DNA from: an uncultured Marinobacter sp.
GTDB lineage: Bacteria; Pseudomonadota; Gammaproteobacteria; Pseudomonadales; Oleiphilaceae
Direction: 5' to 3'
Assembly: GCF_913055835.1 (NCBI RefSeq)
Contig: NZ_CAJXKQ010000008.1
Location: 28,981-92,980, forward strand
Length of the DNA stretch: 64,000 nucleotides
Below, piece by piece: positions 29,968 to 40,577 of the stretch (positions within the stretch are counted from its first letter, which is position 1; each line of letters opens with the position of its first letter). The notes below the pieces were generated by a model, which ran no database searches, was not told where the DNA came from, and worked only from the letters and a program-made list of their open reading frames with translations. Made by a program: the position numbers and the translations under genes.

Positions 29968-30966
29968 ATGCAGGACTTGTTGTCACAGGATGAAATCGAT
30001 GCCCTCCTCCATGGGGTGGATGACGGTGACATTGATACCTATGAAGAAACCGATGATACCGGCATAAAGTCCTACGATCTTGCCAGCCAGGATCGCATCG
30101 TCCGGGGCCGGATGCCGACCCTGGAAATGATCAACGAACGGTTTGCCCGCTATACCCGGATCAGTCTTTTCAACCTGATGCGCCGCAACGCGGATGTCTC
30201 GACAGGCGGCGTCCAGATCATGAAATTTGGCGAGTACATCCACACCCTCTACGTGCCCACCAGCCTGAACCTGTGCAAGGTCCGCCCCTTGCGCGGCACG
30301 TCGCTGTTCGTCCTGGATGCCAAGCTGGTCTTCAAACTGGTGGACAATTTCTTCGGTGGGGAAGGGCGGCACGCCAAGATCGAGGGTCGTGAGTTCACTC
30401 CGACCGAGACCCGCATTGTCCAGATGGTGCTGGACCAGGTGTTCCATGACATGAAGGAAGCCTGGCATGCGGTACTCAAGGTGGACTTCGAATACCTGAG
30501 CTCCGAGGTCAACCCGGCGATGGCCAACATTGTCAGCCCCAGCGAGGTGGTCGTGGTGAGCACCTTCCACATTGAACTTGATGGTGGCGGCGGTGAACTG
30601 CATTTTGCCTTGCCCTATTCCATGATCGAGCCTATCCGCGACGTGCTTGATGCCGGGGTGCAGAGTGATATCGATGATGTTGACGAGCGCTGGGTGAACG
30701 CGCTTCAGGAGGACATTAAAGAGGTCAACGTACCGATCAATACCACGGTCTGTCGCCGTCGGATATCGTTGCGGGATATCGCCAAGATGAAAGCCGGCGA
30801 CATCATCCCGGTGGAGATTCCCGAGTACCTGACAGTTACTGCCAACGGAATTCCGATCTACAAGGCCACGCTGGGGACCCGTGACGGAAAACTGGCACTG
30901 CGAATTCATGAACGGGCATCAGTGCCCAAGGTAAAGAAACAATTGAAGGTGGGACGCAATGGCTGA
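29968..30966 (+). CDS. fliM: Motor switch protein FliM
   Basis: DLLSQDEIDALL, RGRMPTLEMINERFAR. Confidence 0.98.
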   Translation: MQDLLSQDEIDALLHGVDDGDIDTYEETDDTGIKSYDLASQDRIVRGRMPTLEMINERFARYTRISLFNLMRRNADVSTGGVQIMKFGEYIHTLYVPTSLNLCKVRPLRGTSLFVLDAKLVFKLVDNFFGGEGRHAKIEGREFTPTETRIVQMVLDQVFHDMKEAWHAVLKVDFEYLSSEVNPAMANIVSPSEVVVVSTFHIELDGGGGELHFALPYSMIEPIRDVLDAGVQSDIDDVDERWVNALQEDIKEVNVPINTTVCRRRISLRDIAKMKAGDIIPVEIPEYLTVTANGIPIYKATLGTRDGKLALRIHERASVPKVKKQLKVGRNG

Positions 30967-31450
30967 CGACGACAAGAAAGACGAGCAGGAACTCAGCGAA
31001 GACGAGAAGCTGGCAGCCGAGTGGGAAGCCGCCATGGAAGAGTCTGGTGACGAGGGCGACCGGGAGGACGAGTGGGCCGCTGCGATGGCGGAGGCCGGCG
31101 AGACCGGTGAGGCCGACGATGACGTTCAGGCTGCTCCCATGGAGGAATTCGATGCCGGCAGCGAACCCGCCCAGGGCGGTGGCCCGGCTCCGGACATTGA
31201 CGTCATCCTCGACATACCGGTCACCATTTCCATGGAAGTGGGCAACACCCAGATCCCCATACGGAACCTGCTCCAGCTCAACCAGGGCTCGGTGATCGAG
31301 CTTGACCGGCTGGCGGGTGAACCTCTGGATGTGCTGGTAAACGGTACGCTGATTGCCCACGGCGAGGTGGTCATGGTGAACGAGAAGTTCGGTATCCGTC
31401 TGACCGATGTGATCAGCCCGGGCGAACGTATCAAGCGGTTGCAGAAGTAA
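30959..31450 (+). CDS. fliN: Motor switch protein FliN
   Basis: ILDIPVTISMEVG, GEVVMVNEKFGIRLTDVIS. Confidence 0.97.
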   Translation: MADDDKKDEQELSEDEKLAAEWEAAMEESGDEGDREDEWAAAMAEAGETGEADDDVQAAPMEEFDAGSEPAQGGGPAPDIDVILDIPVTISMEVGNTQIPIRNLLQLNQGSVIELDRLAGEPLDVLVNGTLIAHGEVVMVNEKFGIRLTDVISPGERIKRLQK

Positions 31451-31451
31451 C

Positions 31452-31901
31452 ATGTGGTCCAGACTGATTGCCGTACTGCCGCTGCTGGTTATGTCTCCGG
31501 CCTTTGCCCAGGAAACCGCAAAGACTGCTGCGTCTGATTCCCCGGTGCGTGCCCCGGATACCGTCGGCACCATTGTCAGTCTGGGCCTGGGCCTGGTGGC
31601 GGTGGTTGCCGTCATCTATGGCTGCGCCTGGATCATCCGCCGGATGAACGGCATGACCGGCATGAACAACAACGCCATCAAAGTGGTGTCGGTAATGGCC
31701 ATCGGTGCTCGCGAGCGTATCGCCCTGATCGAGGTGGGTGGCCAGCAGATCCTGCTGGGGATTACGCCATCGGCGATACGGACATTGCATGTGTTCGACG
31801 AGCCGGTTGTCGACGCCGGCAACGCCGGTTCCAGCGATTTTGCCCGGCGCCTGCAGGGCATGATCGGCAAGTCCTGGACCTCCCCGACAAGGAACGACTA
31901 G
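31452..31901 (+). CDS. fliO: Flagellar protein FliO
   Basis: TM segment plus [22 protein letters not shown]; between fliN and fliP. Confidence 0.92.
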   Translation: MWSRLIAVLPLLVMSPAFAQETAKTAASDSPVRAPDTVGTIVSLGLGLVAVVAVIYGCAWIIRRMNGMTGMNNNAIKVVSVMAIGARERIALIEVGGQQILLGITPSAIRTLHVFDEPVVDAGNAGSSDFARRLQGMIGKSWTSPTRND

Positions 31902-31905
31902 CCCC

Positions 31906-32682
31906 ATGCTTGCGGTAACCATCAAGCGACTGCTTCCATCCCTGATTGTATTGGCCGGCCTGGCCTGGGCACCGCTGGCCCTGGCCCAGGAGCCGTCGGG
32001 CATCCCGGGTATACCGGCGTTTACCGTCACGCCCGGAGAAGGCGAGGGCGCGCAGGAATACTCGGTTACCCTGCAGATCCTGGCGCTGATGACAGCGCTC
32101 ACCTTCCTGCCGGCCATGCTCATGATGATGACGTCATTTACGCGCATCATCGTCGTGTTTGCCATCCTGCGTCAGGCCATCGGCTTGCAGTCCACCCCCT
32201 CGAACCAGATTCTCCTGGGGCTGGCCCTGTTTCTCAGCATCTTCATCATGAAGCCGGTGCTGGAAGAGGCCAACCGGGTCGGTTTGCAACCCTATATGCA
32301 GGAAGAAGTGACTTCCCTGGAGGCGGTGGAGCTGGCCAGCCAGCCGTTCCGGAAATTCATGCTGGAGCAGACCCGAGAGAGTGACCTGGCGCTGTTCATG
32401 CGGATTTCCGACGTGCAGTACGACACCCCCGAGGACGTGTCTTTCTGGATCCTGATGCCGGCATTTGTGACCAGTGAGCTCAAGACCGCATTCCAGATCG
32501 GGTTTATCCTGTTCATTCCGTTTCTGATTATCGACATGGTAGTGGCCAGTGTGCTCATGGCCATGGGTATGATGATGCTGTCGCCGATCATCATCTCCCT
32601 GCCGTTCAAGATCATGCTCTTTGTACTGGTGGACGGCTGGGCACTGATCATGGGCACCCTCGCTGCCAGTTATGGAATATAG
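31906..32682 (+). CDS. fliP: Export gate protein FliP
   Basis: [27 protein letters not shown]. Confidence 0.97.
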   Translation: MLAVTIKRLLPSLIVLAGLAWAPLALAQEPSGIPGIPAFTVTPGEGEGAQEYSVTLQILALMTALTFLPAMLMMMTSFTRIIVVFAILRQAIGLQSTPSNQILLGLALFLSIFIMKPVLEEANRVGLQPYMQEEVTSLEAVELASQPFRKFMLEQTRESDLALFMRISDVQYDTPEDVSFWILMPAFVTSELKTAFQIGFILFIPFLIIDMVVASVLMAMGMMMLSPIIISLPFKIMLFVLVDGWALIMGTLAASYGI

Positions 32683-32690
32683 GAGGCCTC

Positions 32691-32960
32691 ATGACTCCGG
32701 AAACCGTAATCGACATCCTGCGCGAAGCCCTCTGGATGATTGTCCTCCTTGCGTCGATCATCATCGGCCCGGGGCTGGTTATCGGTCTGGTGGTCAGTAC
32801 CTTTCAGGCGGCGACGCAGATCAACGAACAGACCCTCAGCTTCCTGCCGCGCCTGTTGGTCACACTAATCGTTATCATCGTCTGGGGCCCCTGGATGCTC
32901 ACGCAGCTGCTGGACCACGCCAACCGGCTGTTCGGTAACATTCCTTACCTGATCGGCTGA
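32691..32960 (+). CDS. fliQ: Export gate protein FliQ
   Basis: FQAATQINEQTLSFLPRL. Confidence 0.97.
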   Translation: MTPETVIDILREALWMIVLLASIIIGPGLVIGLVVSTFQAATQINEQTLSFLPRLLVTLIVIIVWGPWMLTQLLDHANRLFGNIPYLIG

Positions 32961-32963
32961 CGG

Positions 32964-33749
32964 ATGATACCGGCGGAAATCAGCGCGGACGTTATCGGCC
33001 AATGGGTCGGCCAGCATATCTGGCCATTGTTCCGCCTGGCCAGCTTCCTGATGGTTATCCCCATTTTCGGTACCCAGCTGGTGCCTGCGCGTGTGCGCCT
33101 CGGGCTGGCGCTGTTGATGACCATCCTTATCGCACCGATGATTCCGCCCGTTCCTCAGGTGGAAGCTTTGAGTGCTGATGCGGTAGTGATTACGCTTCAA
33201 CAGATTCTTATTGGCGTTGGCATGGGCTTCGCGCTCACGGCGCTCTGGCAACTCTTCGTCATCGCCGGCCAGATGATCGCCATGCAGATGGGCCTGGGCT
33301 TCGCTTCCATGGTGGATCCGGCCAACGGCGTTAACGTGCCTGTGCTGTCCCAGATCTACACCATCACCATCACCCTGCTGTTCCTGGCCATGAACGGGCA
33401 CCTGGTGGCCTTCGAAGTCTTTATCGAGAGCTTTCGCACCCTGCCCATCGGCATGGAGGGTCTCGGCCAAACCGGCGTCTGGGAACTCGCCCACCGGATC
33501 AGCTGGATGTTTGCCTCCGCCATGCTCCTGGCGTTACCGGCGGTGACTGCGGTGCTGATCGTCAACATCTCCTTCGGCGTGATGACCCGTGCCGCGCCCC
33601 AGATGAACATCTTCGCCCTGGGCTTCCCGATTGGCCTGATTTTTGGATTGTTTGCCATATGGGTGCTGCACGCCAATTTTCTGCCGCACTTCGATCAGTA
33701 CACCCGAGAAACCTTTGATTTCATGCGGGGACTCCAGGGGCAGCCGTAG
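32964..33749 (+). CDS. fliR: Export gate protein FliR
   Basis: QMGLGFASMVDP, RAAPQMNIFALGFP. Confidence 0.97.
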   Translation: MIPAEISADVIGQWVGQHIWPLFRLASFLMVIPIFGTQLVPARVRLGLALLMTILIAPMIPPVPQVEALSADAVVITLQQILIGVGMGFALTALWQLFVIAGQMIAMQMGLGFASMVDPANGVNVPVLSQIYTITITLLFLAMNGHLVAFEVFIESFRTLPIGMEGLGQTGVWELAHRISWMFASAMLLALPAVTAVLIVNISFGVMTRAAPQMNIFALGFPIGLIFGLFAIWVLHANFLPHFDQYTRETFDFMRGLQGQP

Positions 33750-33755
33750 AGACTC

Positions 33756-34892
33756 ATGGCCGAAGAAAACGACAACAGTCAGGAAAAAACGGAAGAGGCC
33801 ACCCCCCGAAGGCTTGAAAAGGCCAAGGAGGAGGGCCAGACTGCCCGTTCCAAGGAGCTGGCCACCATGGCCGTGCTGCTGGCTGGCGCCGGCGGCATGC
33901 TGATGTTTGGCGCCAGCCTCGGAGCCTCGCTCGAAGCGATCATGCGCGACAGCTTCGTGATCGAGCGCTCGGCCATCTTCGACATGCGCCACATGAGCGT
34001 ACAGCTTATCGAATCCTCCAAGGAAGCCGCCTGGGCTCTCTCGCCCATTCTGGTATTGCTGCTGATCGCAGCCATCTTCGGCTCTATCGGCATTGGCGGT
34101 CTGCTGATCAGCGGCAAAGCCGTGGCCCCCAAATTCAACCGCATGGATCCGATCAAGGGCCTGGGACGCATGTTCTCAATGCGCTCCCTGATCGAACTGG
34201 TCAAGGCCATCGCAAAGGTCGGCCTCGTTATGGCGCTGGCTATCCTTATCCTGGACCTGCGCACCGAGGATTTGTTGTCCATCGCCGAGGAACCAGTGGT
34301 GCCGGCGATGGAGCATGTGCTCTGGACCATTGCCTGGAGTTTCTTCCTGCTCTCCTGCGCCACCATCATCATCGCGGCGATCGACGTGCCCTTCCAGATC
34401 TACGATCACCAGAAAAAGCTGCGGATGACCAAGCAGGAGGTGAAGGACGAATACAAGGACACCGAGGGTAAACCGGAGGTGAAAGGCAAGATCCGGCAGC
34501 TCCAGCGCGAAATGGCCCAGCGCCGCATGATGCAGGATGTGCCGACCGCAGATGTGGTGATCACCAACCCGACCCATTACGCCGTCGCCCTGAAATACGA
34601 TCAGAAGGCGATGGCCGCGCCGATTGTGGTGGCGAAGGGGGCCGATGAGGTTGCCTTCAAGATCATGGAAATCGCCCGCGAGAACAAAGTCGAGATCCTG
34701 AGAACACCGCCGCTGACCCGGGCGGTGTACCACAACACCGACATCGGCGAGGAGATTCCCGATGGCCTTTACATGGCCATTGCCCAGGTGCTCGCCTATG
34801 TCTTCCAGCTTCGGCAGTTCCGAAAAGGGCGTGGGCCGAAGCCTGGGATGCCTGATTTCCCGATTCCTTCGGATTTGCGGCGGGATGTCTGA
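33756..34892 (+). CDS. flhB: Export switch protein FlhB
   Basis: EKTEEATPRRLEKAKEEGQ, intact NPTH autocleavage site, AVALKYD. Confidence 0.98.
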   Translation: MAEENDNSQEKTEEATPRRLEKAKEEGQTARSKELATMAVLLAGAGGMLMFGASLGASLEAIMRDSFVIERSAIFDMRHMSVQLIESSKEAAWALSPILVLLLIAAIFGSIGIGGLLISGKAVAPKFNRMDPIKGLGRMFSMRSLIELVKAIAKVGLVMALAILILDLRTEDLLSIAEEPVVPAMEHVLWTIAWSFFLLSCATIIIAAIDVPFQIYDHQKKLRMTKQEVKDEYKDTEGKPEVKGKIRQLQREMAQRRMMQDVPTADVVITNPTHYAVALKYDQKAMAAPIVVAKGADEVAFKIMEIARENKVEILRTPPLTRAVYHNTDIGEEIPDGLYMAIAQVLAYVFQLRQFRKGRGPKPGMPDFPIPSDLRRDV

Positions 34893-34942
34893 GTTTGGAG
34901 TTGGGTTCCTTTTGGTAGCCTGCGGGTTTGGGTGCTGGCGGG

Positions 34943-35042
34943 TTGTCGGGTGGGCCTCCCAAAAAACGCTACGAGCACATCCATGTGCGCTTGGCGTCGG
35001 CCATCCTTGGCCGCCGACATTTTTGGGAGGCCCACCCGACAA
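34943..35042 (+). repeat. 100-bp hairpin element A with perfect 23-bp terminal inverted repeats
   Basis: TTGTCGGGTGGGCCTCCCAAAAA (34943-34965) / TTTTTGGGAGGCCCACCCGACAA (35020-35042) enclosing a 30-bp core shared with element C. Confidence 0.88.
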
Positions 35043-35083
35043 GCCGCTTCCAGACGATTCGATATCGCATCAACAACCAGAAT

Positions 35084-35176
35084 CGTAGGTCGGATTAGGC
35101 GAAGCCGTAATCCGACAATGCCACTCTGGCTTTGATCTCATTTGTTGGATTACGGCTCCGCCTAATCCAACCTACG
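35084..35176. repeat. Inverted GTAG-type REP doublet (REPIN-like)
   Basis: CGTAGGTCGGATTAGGCGAAGCCGTAATCCGACAA and an inverted near-copy (reverse complement CGTAGGTTGGATTAGGCGGAGCCGTAATCCAACAA) about 23 bp apart. Confidence 0.88.
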
Positions 35177-35242
35177 TTTCCAAGTCAGCATAATCAGCCG
35201 TTTAAAAAAGCGATTCCGGGCGTTATCAGAGTCGTTAGACAA

Positions 35243-35348
35243 GTGGTGGTGGAAGGCCTTTCGAGGACTGTCTGTGGCCATGGATGGCCACAGCCAAGCG
35301 CACATGGATGTGCTCGTAGCGTGTCCTGGAAAGGCCTTCCACCACCAC
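35243..35348 (-). repeat. 106-bp hairpin element C, inverted relative of element A
   Basis: 20-bp perfect terminal IR GTGGTGGTGGAAGGCCTTTC / GAAAGGCCTTCCACCACCAC; 35293-35322 is the exact reverse complement of 34966-34995. Confidence 0.88.
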
Positions 35349-35385
35349 GCATCCCTGAAAACTATCAGGCTGCAATTCCAGAAAG

Positions 35386-36240
35386 TCAGCAACCAGCCTC
35401 TATAACCCGAACCATCGGCTCCCCGCGGCTTTCGGGAATGGGGAGCACGCCATACCAGGATCGCGGATCGTGCACGGTGGCCGAGGCGAACCCACAGGAT
35501 AGAAAATGCTCCCGTGCCTGCTCGTCGGTCTGGAAATGAAAGGATACCTGGCTGCGAGTAACGGCCCCGAGGACGCCGCCGAGTACTTTCAGGGTGGTGT
35601 TTAGTAGCGGCTGGCTCGGCTGGTAGTAGCTTTCGGACAGGTAAACCGAACCTGGACGTTTGGCCATGGCGGCGGCCAGTCTGCGCCAGAACTCGGTGAT
35701 GGTCTCCAGTGAAAAATAGCTGGTCAGGCCTTCGGTAACGATGATTACCGGCTCGTTGTTCTCGAACACCCGGTCAATGACCTTCTCCAATTGGTACTCA
35801 CCGTAGTCCGCGAGGATATCGATCGGCGTGACCTGGTGATGGTCGCCGAGGCGGCCAGTGGCCATCAGGCGAAGCGCCTTGCGAGCCGCCATGTCGGGCA
35901 GGTCGGCTTCGACCATGTGGAGAAGGGGGTGTTTCTGGCGTAAGCGGATGCCCCGCGGCGACATTCCGCAGGCGATTTCCAGCACCTGGGTGATGCCTTT
36001 GTCGCGGATGGCCTGATCAATCAGGTGATCAATGATCAGGTGCCGTTGCAGGAGGAAGGTACGGATGTTGCCGCCGATGGCCGCCTTGCTGGCGGCCTCG
36101 AAGGGGGACATCAGGCGGTAAAGCCAACGGCCTTTTTCCGTCGCCAGGGTATCGTCAGAAAGCCCGTACCGGTGCCAGACGGCACCGGTATACAGGGCAG
36201 TGAAGCTGATGCCGGAGCTATCAGTCCGCTTTCTGCTCAT
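35386..36240 (-). CDS. Class I SAM-dependent methyltransferase (leucine-carboxyl methyltransferase-like)
   Basis: ISFTALYTGAVW, VLEIACGMSPRG, VEADLP, IVTEGLTSYF. Confidence 0.82.
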   Translation of the reverse strand: MSRKRTDSSGISFTALYTGAVWHRYGLSDDTLATEKGRWLYRLMSPFEAASKAAIGGNIRTFLLQRHLIIDHLIDQAIRDKGITQVLEIACGMSPRGIRLRQKHPLLHMVEADLPDMAARKALRLMATGRLGDHHQVTPIDILADYGEYQLEKVIDRVFENNEPVIIVTEGLTSYFSLETITEFWRRLAAAMAKRPGSVYLSESYYQPSQPLLNTTLKVLGGVLGAVTRSQVSFHFQTDEQAREHFLSCGFASATVHDPRSWYGVLPIPESRGEPMVRVIEAGC

Positions 36241-37477
36241 AAACCGCTTTACCCCAGGCTTCGCGGCTGCCGGGGAGGATCAGGTTCAGGATGATGGCAG
36301 CCACCGCGCACAGGGCGATGCCTTCCAGGTGCCCGAGCACCATGCCGCCGATACCGAACACCAGGGTGACACCCACGATAACCAGGTTGCGGGACTGTGA
36401 CAGATCCACCTGGTGGCGGATCAGTGTGTTCAGGCCCACCACAGCAATCGAGCCGAACAGCAGGCACAGGATGCCGCCCATGACGGGGACCGGGATGGTC
36501 TGCAGTGCCGCGCCGAACTTGCCAACAAAGGCCAGGACGATGGCAACGCCGGCGGCCCACCACATGACCTTGGGGTTGAAGTTCTTGGTCAGCATGACCG
36601 CGCCGGTGACTTCCGAGTAGGTGGTGTTGGGCGGCCCGCCGAGCATGGAGGCGGCGCTGGTGGCCAGGCCGTCGCCCAGCAGGGTGCGATGCAGGCCCGG
36701 CTTTTCCAGATAGTTCTTGCGGGTTACGTTGCCGATGGCCAGCACGTCGCCAATGTGTTCGATGGCCGGTGCGATGGCTACCGGAATCATGAACAGCACG
36801 GCGCCCCAGCTGAATTCCGGCGCAACGAAGTTGGGAACGGCAAACCAGGCGGCTTCTTTGATGGGCGTGGTATCTACGATGCCGGCAAAAGCGGAGAGGA
36901 TGTAGCCGGTGATCACGCCAAACATGATCGGAATCAGGCGGAAGATGCCCTTGGCCCAGACAGACATAATGATGGTCACGGCCAGAGAGATCATCGCGAT
37001 CCAGATGGCAGTGTCATAAGGAATCAGCTGGTTGGCACCATCACCGGTACGGCCGGAGGCCATGTGAACAGCAACCGGTGCCAGGCCGAGACCGATGGTC
37101 ATGATCACGGGACCGATGACGACTGGCGGGAGCAGGCGCCGGACAAATCCGGTGCCGCGAAGGCGTACCAGGCCACTCAGGAAAATGTAGAGAATACCCG
37201 CGGCCATCAGGCCGCCGAGGGTTTCTTCCATGCCGAACCGGCCCTTGGAAGCAATAACCGGGGCGATAAAAGCGAAGGAAGATGCCAGGAAGATGGGGAT
37301 CTGACCGCCGGTCACCACGTGGAAGATCAGGGTGCCCAGGCCTGCGGTGAACAGGGCGACGTTCGGATCCAGGCCGGTGATCAGTGGCATCAGCACCAGG
37401 GCGCCGAAGGCCACCAGAAGCATCTGGGAGCCGGCAATGGCCTGTTTCCAGACCGGGTCGTTGGAATGGTCCTGCAT
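36221..37477 (-). CDS. uraA: Uracil permease, NAT/NCS2 family
   Basis: [41 protein letters not shown]. Confidence 0.93.
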   Translation of the reverse strand: MQDHSNDPVWKQAIAGSQMLLVAFGALVLMPLITGLDPNVALFTAGLGTLIFHVVTGGQIPIFLASSFAFIAPVIASKGRFGMEETLGGLMAAGILYIFLSGLVRLRGTGFVRRLLPPVVIGPVIMTIGLGLAPVAVHMASGRTGDGANQLIPYDTAIWIAMISLAVTIIMSVWAKGIFRLIPIMFGVITGYILSAFAGIVDTTPIKEAAWFAVPNFVAPEFSWGAVLFMIPVAIAPAIEHIGDVLAIGNVTRKNYLEKPGLHRTLLGDGLATSAASMLGGPPNTTYSEVTGAVMLTKNFNPKVMWWAAGVAIVLAFVGKFGAALQTIPVPVMGGILCLLFGSIAVVGLNTLIRHQVDLSQSRNLVIVGVTLVFGIGGMVLGHLEGIALCAVAAIILNLILPGSREAWGKAVYEQKAD

Positions 37478-37479
37478 GC

Positions 37480-38118
37480 TTAAACGTCCTTCTGCTTGGT
37501 GCCGAAGATCTTGTCGCCGGCATCGCCGAGGCCCGGAAGGATATAACCTTTCTCGTTCAGGCGTTCGTCTACGGAGGCCGTGTAGATAGACACATCCGGA
37601 TGGGTCTCGAGAACCTTTTTGACACCTTCGGGTGCAGCTACCAGGACCAGAGCGCGGATTTCGGTGCTGCCGGCTTTCTTGAGCAGGTCGATGGTGGAGA
37701 TCATGGAGCCGCCGGTGGCGAGCATCGGATCGACAATCATGGCCATGCGCTGGTCCAGTTCGCCTACCAGCTTTTCGAGGTAGGTGCTGGCCTCAAGTGT
37801 CTCCTCGTTGCGGATCTGGCCGACAACACTCACCCGTGCCACCGGGATCAGGCTGAGGACACCGTCAAGCATGCCAAGGCCGGCCCGCAGGATCGGAACG
37901 ATGGTGACTTTCTTGCCGTGAATCTGTTCCACATTGACTGGACCGGCCCAGCCTTCGATGGTCTTTTCCTGCAGGTTGAAGTCCTTGGTGGCCTCGTAGG
38001 TCAGAAGTGCACCAACTTCCTGTGCCAGCTCCCGGAAATTCTTGGTGCTGATATCCGCACGGCGCATGATGCCGAGCTTGTGGCGGATCAGAGGGTGTTT
38101 TACCTCGTGGATTGGCAT
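37480..38118 (-). CDS. upp: Uracil phosphoribosyltransferase
   Basis: Start moved to [15 protein letters not shown]; [37 protein letters not shown]. Confidence 0.97.
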   Translation of the reverse strand: MPIHEVKHPLIRHKLGIMRRADISTKNFRELAQEVGALLTYEATKDFNLQEKTIEGWAGPVNVEQIHGKKVTIVPILRAGLGMLDGVLSLIPVARVSVVGQIRNEETLEASTYLEKLVGELDQRMAMIVDPMLATGGSMISTIDLLKKAGSTEIRALVLVAAPEGVKKVLETHPDVSIYTASVDERLNEKGYILPGLGDAGDKIFGTKQKDV

Positions 38119-38236
38119 GGGGTCACCTGTGTGTCTGGTTGGGGTTTTAGCGTCGCAATTAAATGGCGCAAGGATACCGCATCTGGCCAGGCGAGTCAGG
38201 CCGCAAATGGCCGGTTCACGGAAATCCACTAAGGGC

Positions 38237-38252
38237 TGGTACGGATCTTGCG
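38237..38252 (+). promoter_or_regulatory. Sigma54 promoter of flhA
   Basis: TGGTACGGATCTTGCG (GG-N10-GC); downstream GTCAGATTTTCGAC (38279-38292, GTC-N8-GAC) may be a leader-located FleQ site. Confidence 0.75.
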
Positions 38253-38336
38253 ATAACCCTTCCAAACGACGCTCCGGTGTCAGATTTTCGACCTTCAAAA
38301 CGCCAGCAGGCACAGTCAATCGGAGAAGTATCCGGC

Positions 38337-40517
38337 ATGGACAGAGCTTTAGTCCTCAATAACGTCAAAACCCTGACGCGGGGGAATCTTGGCATCCCCG
38401 TTATGCTGATGGGGCTGCTGGGCATGATGATCCTGCCCATGCCGGCGTTTCTCCTGGACGTGTTCTTTACGTTCAACATCACCCTATCGATTGTCATTCT
38501 GCTGGTGTGTGTGTACGCGCTCCGGCCCATGGAGTTCGCCTCTTTCCCCACTGTTCTGTTGGTTGCCACGCTCCTGCGTTTGGCCCTGAACGTCGCCTCG
38601 ACCCGTATCGTTCTACTGAATGGCCACGAAGGCGGCGACGCCGCCGGTAAGGTGATCGAATCCTTCGGCGCGGTCCTGATTGGCGGCAACTACGCCGTGG
38701 GTCTGGTGGTGTTTGCGATCCTCATGATTATCAACTTCCTGGTGGTAACCAAGGGTGCCGGCCGTGTGTCCGAGGTGAGCGCCCGTTTCACCCTGGACGC
38801 CATGCCCGGCAAGCAGATGGCGATCGATGCCGACCTGAACGCCGGCCTGATCAATCAGGACGAAGCCAAGCATCGCCGTGCCGAGATTGCGCAGGAAGCG
38901 GATTTCTACGGCTCCATGGACGGTGCGTCCAAGTTTGTGAAGGGCGACGCCATCGCCGGCCTGCTGATTCTGGCCATTAACATCATTGGCGGTATCGCCA
39001 TTGGCATGCTGCAGCACGGTCTGGATTTCGGGCTGGCCATGGAGCGCTATGCGCTTCTGACCATCGGTGATGGCCTGGTGGCACAGATTCCCTCGCTGCT
39101 GCTGTCCACATCGGCGGCGATCATGGTGACGCGGGTTACCTCCAGCCAGGATATGGGCGGCCAGATTCTCCAGCAGATGTTCAGTGCACCCAAGGCGCTG
39201 TCTATAGCGGCTGGGATCCTGATCATTCTCGGCCTGATTCCCGGCATGCCCCACGTGGCTTTCCTGGGTCTGGGCGCACTGGCCGCCGGCGCTGCCTGGT
39301 ATATCTGGAAGCACCAACGGCAGACCGTCGAGGAGGACGGCGCATTCCCGGCCAGGGGCGCTGGCGGCCCGGCACCGCGGCCTGCGGGTCGGGATCTGCC
39401 GCCGGGTGGTGATGCGGGTGGCGATCAGGGGCGCCAGCTGCCGGCCCCCGGAGAGACCAAGGAGTTGGGCTGGGATGACGTCTCCACCGTCGATATCGTC
39501 GGTCTGGAAGTCGGTTACCGGTTGATTCCGCTGGTGGACAAATCCCAGGGTGGCCAGTTGCTCAGTCGTATCAAGGGTGTTCGTAAAAAGCTCTCCCAGG
39601 ATCTGGGCTTCCTGATGCCCTCGGTCCATATTCGCGACAATCTGGATCTGATGCCCAACGTCTACCGCATCACCTTGATGGGCGTGACCATCGCCGAGGC
39701 CGAAATCCATCCGGACCGCGAGCTGGCCATCGACCCCGGTCAGGTATTCGGAAAGATAGAGGGCATAGAAGGCAAGGACCCGGCGTTTGGTCTCGATGCC
39801 AGCTGGATTGAGCCGGACAAGAAAGACCAGGCCCAGACCCTGGGCTATACCGTCGTCGATGCCAGTACCGTCGTTGCCACCCACCTGAATCAGGTATTGC
39901 AGAAGCACGCCCACGAACTGCTGGGTCACGAGGAAGTCCAGAAGTGGCTGGACCAGCTGGAAAAGATTTCTCCCAAGCTGGCCGAGGAGCTTGTACCGAC
40001 TACCGTTTCCATCAGCCTGCTGTTGAAGGTGCTGCAGAACCTGCTTAAGGAAGAGGTGCCGATTCGGGATATGCGGTCCATTGCCGAGGCCATCGTGAAT
40101 GTGCATCCGAAGAGTCAGGATCCGAAGCTGTTGACCACCGTGGCCCGGCAATCCCTGCGCCGGATGATTGTCCAGAGCATCTGCGGCAACGAATCGGAGA
40201 TACCGGTCATTACTCTGGATCCGGATCTGGAACAGTTATTGCTAAAGTCAGTTCAGCAGAGTCAACAATCCGGCGGACAGGAAGACATTGGCCTGGTGTT
40301 GGAGCCGAACATGGTTGAAAAGCTCCAGCGCTCGCTTCAGGAGAGCGTCCAGCGCCAGGAAATGCTCGGCAAGCCGGCCATTCTGCTGGTGTCCGGGCCC
40401 CTGAGGCCGGTGCTGGCGAAGTTTGCCAGCTACGGGATAGAGCGACTGCACGTGCTCTCGTACCAGGAAGTTCCGGATAACAAACAGATTACGATAGTGG
40501 CGTCCGTTGGCCAGTAA
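38337..40517 (+). CDS. flhA: Export apparatus protein FlhA
   Basis: Start moved to MDRALV at 38337; [41 protein letters not shown]. Confidence 0.98.
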   Translation: MDRALVLNNVKTLTRGNLGIPVMLMGLLGMMILPMPAFLLDVFFTFNITLSIVILLVCVYALRPMEFASFPTVLLVATLLRLALNVASTRIVLLNGHEGGDAAGKVIESFGAVLIGGNYAVGLVVFAILMIINFLVVTKGAGRVSEVSARFTLDAMPGKQMAIDADLNAGLINQDEAKHRRAEIAQEADFYGSMDGASKFVKGDAIAGLLILAINIIGGIAIGMLQHGLDFGLAMERYALLTIGDGLVAQIPSLLLSTSAAIMVTRVTSSQDMGGQILQQMFSAPKALSIAAGILIILGLIPGMPHVAFLGLGALAAGAAWYIWKHQRQTVEEDGAFPARGAGGPAPRPAGRDLPPGGDAGGDQGRQLPAPGETKELGWDDVSTVDIVGLEVGYRLIPLVDKSQGGQLLSRIKGVRKKLSQDLGFLMPSVHIRDNLDLMPNVYRITLMGVTIAEAEIHPDRELAIDPGQVFGKIEGIEGKDPAFGLDASWIEPDKKDQAQTLGYTVVDASTVVATHLNQVLQKHAHELLGHEEVQKWLDQLEKISPKLAEELVPTTVSISLLLKVLQNLLKEEVPIRDMRSIAEAIVNVHPKSQDPKLLTTVARQSLRRMIVQSICGNESEIPVITLDPDLEQLLLKSVQQSQQSGGQEDIGLVLEPNMVEKLQRSLQESVQRQEMLGKPAILLVSGPLRPVLAKFASYGIERLHVLSYQEVPDNKQITIVASVGQ

Positions 40518-40577
40518 CGGCGCGGATGACAGAGCGGACAGCGCCGGCACGGCGTTGCCGGTGGAGGAAGAGGCAGC

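Noticed and set aside
34893-35385. Short ORFs over the repeat region (34932-35135, 35132-35539, 35162-35392) and a possible CRISPR array
   Set aside because: The translations are artefacts of the palindromes; the repeats are inverted hairpins, not direct repeats with unique spacers, and no cas genes are present
38119-38336. N-terminal extensions of upp (from 38319) and flhA (from 38163) given by the ORF track
   Set aside because: They overlap each other and the sigma54 promoter; family-typical N-termini begin at 38118 and 38337
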